Both the position numbers and the translations under genes were made by a program. Source: Patescibacteria group bacterium (GTDB taxonomy: Bacteria; Patescibacteriota; UBA1384; DATEAH01). From it: 64,000 nt of DNA. The DNA is taken from the NCBI GenBank assembly GCA_035288465.1, contig DATEAH010000007.1, positions 66,090 through 130,089 of the forward strand. The letters run 5' to 3'. Each line of letters begins with the position of its first letter. The first letter of the stretch is position 1. Of this stretch, positions 58,291 through 64,000 are shown in pieces. The notes below the pieces were generated by a model. That model had not been told where the DNA came from. It did not search any database and saw only the letters and a program-made list of their open reading frames with translations.

Positions 58291-59418
58291 TTAAGAAATA
58301 GAATATCGTTTCAACCAATTTCTGGCTCGAATGGCAGCTTCGGGAATTGCGCCCTCGCTTATTACTAAAACTTCAATTTTGGCATGGACTCTGGCGAGCA
58401 TATTATACATTTTTTTAGGTTGATTAGCCTTAGCGAATTTTAGGGCTTGAGTTAGTCTTTTAACTTGAGGAGATCGGGCGCGAGCGTAATAAGGTTCAAC
58501 AGTAAAGACCTTTTGAATTCTTGGGTACAAGTTTTCAATATCACGGGCAATAGCGAGTAGAACTTTGGGTTCTACAGGTTTTCCTTGAATGGCATATGGT
58601 TCTAATCTTGTAAGCAAATTTGGAATACTATTAAAGTAAATAAGATTTGCACCCTGATTAATTTTGCGTGCCATATGATAAATTGCCAAGCCGATATTGG
58701 TAATACCCCTCATTTGCTGTAACTTTTCCTGCCGAAACATCCCTAAAACACCAATCGCTTGCCCAATAGCAATAATTCTATCTTTGCCGTTAGCGGCACG
58801 CTCAACTTTTCTTAAAGCATCTATTAAAGTTGGTTGGCGGGTTTGACTTAAGGCGGTTAGAGTTTGAAACAAAAGCTGATTTGCCGCAATGGTTTTTGGT
58901 GAATCTGGTTTTAAGGTTTGCGAGAGATTTGAAAGTGCTCTGATTAAATCTTCGATCCAAACTTTCGCTCGAGTATATTCTCCTAGACCTGCCGGATAAT
59001 TTTCGCGACCGACTTTTCCTACCAACGAGTGGCTAATATGATATAGGTATTGACGAGCCGCCGAGACAATATCTGAATTTCGCCGAATAGTTATAACATA
59101 CAATCCGCCGCTTCTGGAAGGGATTGAAATTTCTCGTTCTTCTGGCGGTTTGGCAATTTCTTTTAATTCCCAAGCAGATAAGCGTCGCGATTGGGCGATT
59201 AGCAACATACCAGGTTTGGCAATCCAAATTCCAGACTTAATTAAACCATTTCGGCCTCGCCATCTGACTTTAATCCGACATGGGTGTCTGACTTCGAGAA
59301 GATGGTTAAAGCTGGTTTGTCTAAATAAAAATGGTAGTTCAATCGGATAATCGCCATGCCAAATAAAAGGTTCAATTTCTTCAAGGTATGGAGCTCTCAC
59401 ATATGGCAACTTAGCCAC
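58291..59418 (-). CDS. hypothetical protein (~372 aa), first gene of the minus-strand island; the likely start is TTG at 59409
   Basis: No recognisable catalytic motif, Arg/Ala-rich, GC-richer than the genome background. Has its own promoter (59440..59468) and a terminator-like neighbour. Confidence 0.5.
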   Translation of the reverse strand: MAKLPYVRAPYLEEIEPFIWHGDYPIELPFLFRQTSFNHLLEVRHPCRIKVRWRGRNGLIKSGIWIAKPGMLLIAQSRRLSAWELKEIAKPPEEREISIPSRSGGLYVITIRRNSDIVSAARQYLYHISHSLVGKVGRENYPAGLGEYTRAKVWIEDLIRALSNLSQTLKPDSPKTIAANQLLFQTLTALSQTRQPTLIDALRKVERAANGKDRIIAIGQAIGVLGMFRQEKLQQMRGITNIGLAIYHMARKINQGANLIYFNSIPNLLTRLEPYAIQGKPVEPKVLLAIARDIENLYPRIQKVFTVEPYYARARSPQVKRLTQALKFAKANQPKKMYNMLARVHAKIEVLVISEGAIPEAAIRARNWLKRYSIS

Positions 59419-59439
59419 CTCCGTTTCGGAATCTTTAAT

Positions 59440-59468
59440 ATTTTATCATTTCGTATGTTTTTGTCAAT
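59440..59468 (-). promoter_or_regulatory. promoter TTGACA-N17-TAAAAT (minus strand) for the 58291..59418 gene
   Basis: Reverse complement reads ttgacaaaaacatacgaaatgataaaat, followed by the SD ggaggtgg. Confidence 0.5.
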
Positions 59469-59475
59469 CTTTATA

Positions 59476-59522
59476 ATAAAAAAACGCCTAAACGTTATAA
59501 ATTTTGAAAAACGCTGAGGCGT
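59476..59522 (-). terminator. intrinsic terminator (acgcct..aggcgt stem plus U-run on the minus strand) after paralog 1
   Basis: Paralogous to the terminator at 60383..60427. Shared core aaaaaacgcct ... aacgctgaggcgtaaaa. Confidence 0.55.
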
Positions 59523-59541
59523 AAAAATTGTGGAAATAAAT

Positions 59542-60279
59542 TTAACTATAATCTTTGGTATATAAAAGTGGTTGTGGCTTGCACATCGGACATTCGGATT
59601 TATGAAATGTGATGTTAGGAAGCGAAAGAAGAGCCCGGAAACAAAAATCTTTATTAATTTTTTGCGGGGATAACCCACTATCAGCAGTTTGGTTTTCGAC
59701 ATATTCTGGCGTGGTAACAAATGTGGCAATTCCGACTAAATTCTCGTGACGGAGACCATTATTAAGTATTCCCTTGATGGTACCATGTGCATAGGCAGAG
59801 TCTAAAATAACATTAGTGGCTACCAATGCTTTTTCATTGCCCGAAATAAGGTCTCCAGCTCTCATTTCCTTAAAAAATCCGTTATTGTCTATATCGGTTA
59901 ACACTAAACGTGCGCCAAGTTCCATTGCCAGAGAAGTCCCAAAGAAGACATCAAACGCATAATTAGCAGCTACTACTACATTGACTTTTTGATTAGCAAA
60001 AGCATCAGCTAAAACCTTGACAATTCTATTACCTGGTTTGGGATCCAAAAGTACGCGACTCATTTGAGGCCAAACCAATGAATGGGCAAAAGTGTGGAGA
60101 ACTTCCCAGTGCCCGGCCAACAGAACTCGATATCTAGCAAGGATATCAATGAGCGAATCGGGAGTTAATTCCGGAGAGGAAAAATGAAAATTCGCCTCAC
60201 CCAAAAGCTGTTCGATTTCTTCTTTTGTCAGTGGTCGAGGTTCAATGACTTTGCCGTCCGTGCTTGCCATCAGTTGCAT
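59542..60279 (-). CDS. hypothetical protein, paralog 1 (alpha/beta Rossmann-like; start at the RBS-supported MQLMASTDG)
   Basis: About 245 aa. Shares GHWE(V/I), LDP(K/E)P(G/T)N, NG(F/L)FK(E/A)MR, NEK(A/I)L(V/I)..NV(I/L)(L/F)D and N(L/I)(V/K)GIA(T/L)F(V/I)TT blocks with paralog 2. C-terminal Cys pair CPMC. Confidence 0.5.
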   Translation of the reverse strand: MQLMASTDGKVIEPRPLTKEEIEQLLGEANFHFSSPELTPDSLIDILARYRVLLAGHWEVLHTFAHSLVWPQMSRVLLDPKPGNRIVKVLADAFANQKVNVVVAANYAFDVFFGTSLAMELGARLVLTDIDNNGFFKEMRAGDLISGNEKALVATNVILDSAYAHGTIKGILNNGLRHENLVGIATFVTTPEYVENQTADSGLSPQKINKDFCFRALLSLPNITFHKSECPMCKPQPLLYTKDYS

Positions 60280-60313
60280 CTGGTCATTCCTCCTCGTTGG
60301 TGGACTTAAAATT

Positions 60314-60341
60314 ATTATATCAAAAAATTTATTTTTGTCAA
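60314..60341 (-). promoter_or_regulatory. promoter TTGACA-N16-TATAAT (minus strand) for paralog 1
   Basis: Reverse complement reads ttgacaaaaataaattttttgatataat, followed by the conserved leader aagtccaccaacgaggagg. Confidence 0.55.
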
Positions 60342-60382
60342 TCAAATTTGAACTTAAAGGAGTTTTTTGCTATTTCGGCAAT

Positions 60383-60427
60383 AAAAAAACGCCTGAGCGT
60401 GATAAGTTTGTTAAAACGCTGAGGCGT
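60383..60427 (-). terminator. intrinsic terminator (11/12-bp stem acgcctgagcgt / acgctgaggcgt plus U-run) after paralog 2
   Basis: Strong GC stem with an A-run on the plus strand (a U-run on the minus strand). Confidence 0.6.
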
Positions 60428-60452
60428 AAAATAATATTAAGCAAGATGAAAA

Positions 60453-61208
60453 TTAATGATAGTCTGATGCATTCAATAATGATTTGGGGCGGCGGCGTAT
60501 CAATTTGTCGAAAAATGATCGAGATTGGCATCGTTGGCAATATCTAACTGGACGAACATGGCTATTTTTAATAATCACCAGAGAGTAAGGGAATAAATCA
60601 TCAAGGGTTGCAGCTTCAATCGCTTCGATTGTCTCACGGGTTGTTATAAATAATGCAATACCCTTAATATTTTTTCTGTTGGCGCCGTTTTCGACAATTC
60701 CTTGAATGATACTTATCATTGTCGTAGGGTCAAAAAGGACATTTTGGAAAATTAGAATTTTTTCATTTTCTTCAAAAGTATTAGGCCCTCTCATGGCTTT
60801 AAATAATCCATTTTCTTGATTCATTTCCACAATCACCAGCCGGGAATTGGAATTGGTAAAATTCATTACTAGCGGTACTCCAAATAAGACACTGGTGTTA
60901 TTTGGAACTACAATCGTATTAATGTCAAGAGGTTCCAGGGCTTTTGAATAATTTCGAGCCGTAATATTAGTTGGTTCGGGATCGCAAAGCATATTTGCCA
61001 TGGCAAACCAAACATCGGAATGTATCCTGCCTCCGGGAATCTCCCAGTGTCCGCCTAACGCAACTTGATATTCTGAAAAAACATTGTCCAAATAGTACGG
61101 CATTTCGAAATTTTTAGAAAAAGGATTAGGAAAGTTATTGTCAACCAATAACTTAATTTCGGGGACGCTTAATGTCTTAGGTTCGGGACGCACCGTGGTA
61201 TTGCCCAT
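60453..61208 (-). CDS. hypothetical protein, paralog 2
   Basis: 251 aa. Homologous to 59542..60279 over ~190 aa. C-terminal Cys pair CQRC. Confidence 0.5.
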   Translation of the reverse strand: MGNTTVRPEPKTLSVPEIKLLVDNNFPNPFSKNFEMPYYLDNVFSEYQVALGGHWEIPGGRIHSDVWFAMANMLCDPEPTNITARNYSKALEPLDINTIVVPNNTSVLFGVPLVMNFTNSNSRLVIVEMNQENGLFKAMRGPNTFEENEKILIFQNVLFDPTTMISIIQGIVENGANRKNIKGIALFITTRETIEAIEAATLDDLFPYSLVIIKNSHVRPVRYCQRCQSRSFFDKLIRRRPKSLLNASDYH

Positions 61209-61240
61209 TCATCATTCCTCCTTGTGGTGGACTTGAAATC

Positions 61241-61268
61241 ATTATAACTTATAATTATTTTTTGTCAA
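61241..61268 (-). promoter_or_regulatory. promoter TTGACA-N16-TATAAT (minus strand) for paralog 2
   Basis: Reverse complement reads ttgacaaaaaataattataagttataat, followed by the leader aagtccaccacaaggagg. Confidence 0.55.
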
Positions 61269-61328
61269 TCAGATTTGAACTTAGAGGAAATTTTTGCTAA
61301 ACTTTAAAATAGAAGTAAATAAAGGAGT

Positions 61329-61640
61329 TTGATGGTAAGAATTTCAAAAAAGGAAATTGAACATATTGCCGAATTAGCACGGTTGGGGATCACAGAGAAA
61401 GAAAAATCTGAATTTTCAGAACAATTGTCTGAAGTTTTGTCGTATGTAGAATTGTTAAATCAAATTGACACTAAGGATGTTGAACCAACTGCGCAGGTGA
61501 CAGGGTTGAAAAATGTTTTTCGAGACGACAATCCAGAAGCTCAAACACAACATCGGGCGAGCAAAAAAGAATTATTACAAAATGCACCACAAATTAAAGA
61601 CGATTATTTTAAGGTGCCAATAGTTTTAGATCAGCAATAA
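61329..61640 (+). CDS. gatC: Asp/Glu-tRNA amidotransferase subunit C
   Basis: 103 aa. ISKKEIEHIAELARLGITEKE ... VEPT pattern of GatC. Upstream of gatA. Confidence 0.85.
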   Translation: MMVRISKKEIEHIAELARLGITEKEKSEFSEQLSEVLSYVELLNQIDTKDVEPTAQVTGLKNVFRDDNPEAQTQHRASKKELLQNAPQIKDDYFKVPIVLDQQ

Positions 61641-61703
61641 ATTTCAGCTAATATTCAGGATTAAAAAATAAAATAGTTTTGGATTTACTTTTTTTGAGGA
61701 AAA

Positions 61704-63143
61704 ATGGATTTAAATAAATTAACAGTTGTTGAAGCTGCCGAAAAATTAAAGAAAAAAGAAATCACTTCTTTGGAATTAACTCATGATTGTTTTTCAGAAA
61801 TCAAAAAACAAAATCCAAAAATTAACGCCTTTATTACTTTGAATGAGCAGACTGCAATTAAGCTTGCTGAAAAATCAGACGTCAGGCGAGCTAAAAATAA
61901 AACCTTAAGCCAAATTGACGGGATTCCAATTGCGATTAAAGATAATTTTTCAACCAAGGGTTTAAAAACGACCGCCGGTTCAAAGATTTTAGAAAATTAT
62001 ATACCAGCTTTTGAATCAATGGTGACTCAAAAATTGCTAAATGCCGGGGCGGTAATTTTGGGCAAAACTAATTTGGATGAATTTGGAATGGGTTCTTCGA
62101 CGGAAAATTCAGCCTTTGGAGTAACCAAAAATCCCCATAACCCAGAAAGAGTTGCAGGTGGTTCTTCGGGCGGATCAGCAGCGGCTGTAGCTGCAAATAT
62201 GTCGATCGCGGCCATTGGTACCGATACTGGTGGATCAATTAGGCAGCCAGCTTCGTTTTGTGGGGTATTTGGGATTAAACCGACTTATGGTCGAGTTTCT
62301 CGATATGGCATTTTAGCTTATGCTTCAAGTTTGGATCAAGCTGGTCCAATTACCAAAACCCCTCAAGATGCTAAAATTATTTTAGAGATTATTGCCGGTC
62401 TCGATCCGCATGATTCGACAACCATAAAAACCAATACGAATTCGTCAGCTGACGGACAATCTCAAATCTCAAGTCTCAAATCTCATGACTTAACAATTGG
62501 TGTTCCGGATGAATTTTTCAGTGAAGGTTTGGACGTCAAAGTCAAAGAAATAATTGAAAAGGCAATTAATCATTTATTAAAACAGGGTGCGAAAATTTCG
62601 AAAATTAGTTTGCCAACATTAAAATACGCACTACCTTCATATTATATTATTGCTTTAGCTGAGGCTTCTTCGGATTTGGCCAGATATGATGGCATAAAAT
62701 ATGGAAGCTCAAAATCCTCTGCCAAAGATTTGATTAGCGGATATTTAGAAACGAGACAGGAGGGATTTGGTACAGAAGTAAAAAGGCGAATAATGCTAGG
62801 TACTTATACTTTATCGGCGGGTTATTATGATGCATATTATAAAAAGGCTCAGCAGGTAAGAACCTTAATTTCAAAAGATTTTGCAAAAGTATTTCAAAAA
62901 GTTGATTTAATAGTTGGGCCAGTTTCCCCTACCCCAGCCTTTAAAATTGGTGAAAAAATTTCAGATCCTTTGAAAATGTATTTATCGGATATTTATACGA
63001 TTTCGGCAAATTTAGCCGGCTTGCCAGCCGCTTCAATCCCAGCCGGTTTTATTGGTAAATTACCGGTCGGTTTGCAAGTGATTGCGCCACGACTTGAAGA
63101 AGAGAGGATTTTCCAAATAGCTAAGGAGCAAAATGGAATTTAA
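61704..63143 (+). CDS. gatA: Asp/Glu-tRNA amidotransferase subunit A (amidase signature)
   Basis: 479 aa. Amidase signature [12 protein letters not shown] with the Ser-cisSer-Lys triad context. IAIKDNF. Confidence 0.95.
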   Translation: MDLNKLTVVEAAEKLKKKEITSLELTHDCFSEIKKQNPKINAFITLNEQTAIKLAEKSDVRRAKNKTLSQIDGIPIAIKDNFSTKGLKTTAGSKILENYIPAFESMVTQKLLNAGAVILGKTNLDEFGMGSSTENSAFGVTKNPHNPERVAGGSSGGSAAAVAANMSIAAIGTDTGGSIRQPASFCGVFGIKPTYGRVSRYGILAYASSLDQAGPITKTPQDAKIILEIIAGLDPHDSTTIKTNTNSSADGQSQISSLKSHDLTIGVPDEFFSEGLDVKVKEIIEKAINHLLKQGAKISKISLPTLKYALPSYYIIALAEASSDLARYDGIKYGSSKSSAKDLISGYLETRQEGFGTEVKRRIMLGTYTLSAGYYDAYYKKAQQVRTLISKDFAKVFQKVDLIVGPVSPTPAFKIGEKISDPLKMYLSDIYTISANLAGLPAASIPAGFIGKLPVGLQVIAPRLEEERIFQIAKEQNGI

Positions 63144-64000
63144 ACCGACAATTGGTTTAGAAATTCATGTTGAACTAAAAACTCGATCTAAGATGTTTTG
63201 TGATTGTAAAAATGAACCAGAAATTATCGAGCCGAATATTAATATTTGTCCGGTTTGTTTGGGTATGCCAGGTACCTTGCCCACGGCAAATAAAACCGCC
63301 ATTGATTGGACTTTAAAAACTGGTTTAGCTTTAAATTGCGAAATTCAAAAAAACAGCAAATTTGATCGTAAGAATTATTTTTATCCAGATTTACCAAAAG
63401 GATACCAGATTTCTCAATATGATATGCCTTTTTGTAAAAATGGATATTTAAAAATTTCAGGACGCAAAATTAGAACCAGGCGGGTCCACTTGGAAGAAGA
63501 TACCGCGAAGTTATTTCATATTGATACAGGTCCACTCGGTGTAAGTTCGCTTGGAAGTACGCCATTGGGAGTTGGAGAAGTTTATTCCTTAATTGACTAT
63601 AATCGCGCGGGCGTGCCTTTAATGGAAATTGTGACTGAACCCGATCTTCTATCGGCCAAAGAAGCTCGCGAGTTTGCACAAAAACTGCGTTTAGTTTTAA
63701 GATATCTTTCAGTTTCAAATGCGAATATGGAAAAAGGCCAAATGCGAGTAGAAGCTAATATTTCCCTTTCAAATCAAAATAAATTGGGTACCAAAGTTGA
63801 AATTAAGAATTTGAATTCATTTAAATCTGTCGAAAAAGCGGTCAATTTTGAAATTCAAAGGCAGACAGAATTATTAGAAAGTGGTGAAAAAATTATTCAC
63901 GAAACGCGCGGTTGGCATGATCAAAAACAAATAACATTTTCTCAGCGAAGCAAAGAAACCGCGCCAGATTATCGATATTTTCCCGAACCGGATTTGCCAA
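63133..64000 (+). CDS. gatB: Asp/Glu-tRNA amidotransferase subunit B, 5' partial (runs off the window)
   Basis: Own translation: [25 protein letters not shown]...[13 protein letters not shown]...[18 protein letters not shown]. Overlaps the gatA stop by 11 nt. No stop before the window end. Confidence 0.9.
   Translation, partial: MEFKPTIGLEIHVELKTRSKMFCDCKNEPEIIEPNINICPVCLGMPGTLPTANKTAIDWTLKTGLALNCEIQKNSKFDRKNYFYPDLPKGYQISQYDMPFCKNGYLKISGRKIRTRRVHLEEDTAKLFHIDTGPLGVSSLGSTPLGVGEVYSLIDYNRAGVPLMEIVTEPDLLSAKEAREFAQKLRLVLRYLSVSNANMEKGQMRVEANISLSNQNKLGTKVEIKNLNSFKSVEKAVNFEIQRQTELLESGEKIIHETRGWHDQKQITFSQRSKETAPDYRYFPEPDLP

Noticed and set aside
59397-59729. 110-aa ORF on the minus strand (59397..59729)
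   Set aside because: It overlaps the promoter and terminator region between the island genes, has low-complexity composition and no RBS, so it is likely spurious.

Overview
The window is an AT-rich, gene-dense chromosomal segment that reads well under the standard genetic code: TGA terminates the RT and small-ORF genes, and long ORFs are intact. Gene content and style point to a reduced-genome bacterium of the Patescibacteria/CPR type. Evidence for this includes a class I LysRS, a short AlaRS, a short multi-S1 protein, type IV pilin genes, few biosynthetic genes and many small hypotheticals.

The core housekeeping order is fmt-def, a degenerate priA, the AmmeMemoRadiSam triad, lepB, a TraR/DksA-like gene, lspA, secG, an oligopeptide SBP, xth, tsaC, rpsA-like, alaS, a giant S8 peptidase, an ftsA-like gene, ruvX-mltG-mreBCD-mrdA, greA, lysK, serS, hpf, secA, ftsEX plus an M23/EnvC-like peptidase, ctpA, rplI, lemA, htpX, a pilin, ligA and gatCAB. 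Nine tRNA genes were found by hand: Val-CAC, Gly-GCC, Cys-GCA, Leu-CAG, Leu-GAG, Val-TAC, Phe-GAA and Leu-TAA, plus none others seen.

The most interesting signals are:
- A compact retron-like reverse transcriptase cassette (48.6-50.0 kb). It combines a consensus promoter, a ~250-nt hairpin-rich non-coding leader, a 40-aa ORF and a 300-aa RT, and sits between the ftsEX-envC-like and ctpA housekeeping genes.
- A minus-strand island of three genes (58.3-61.3 kb) in which every gene has its own near-consensus promoter and intrinsic terminator. It includes two divergent paralogs whose regulatory flanks are better conserved than their coding sequence.
- GC-richer islets next to tRNA-Leu genes, one carrying an HAD nucleotidase gene interrupted by an in-frame TAA.
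- A three-gene small-protein islet after hpf with a structured leader.
- An insertion that splits the AmmeMemoRadiSam operon and is flanked by a synonymously diverged duplicate of the radical-SAM gene 3' end.
- A five-copy family of AT-rich inverted-repeat intergenic elements.
- A PriA homolog whose Walker A/B motifs are eroded.
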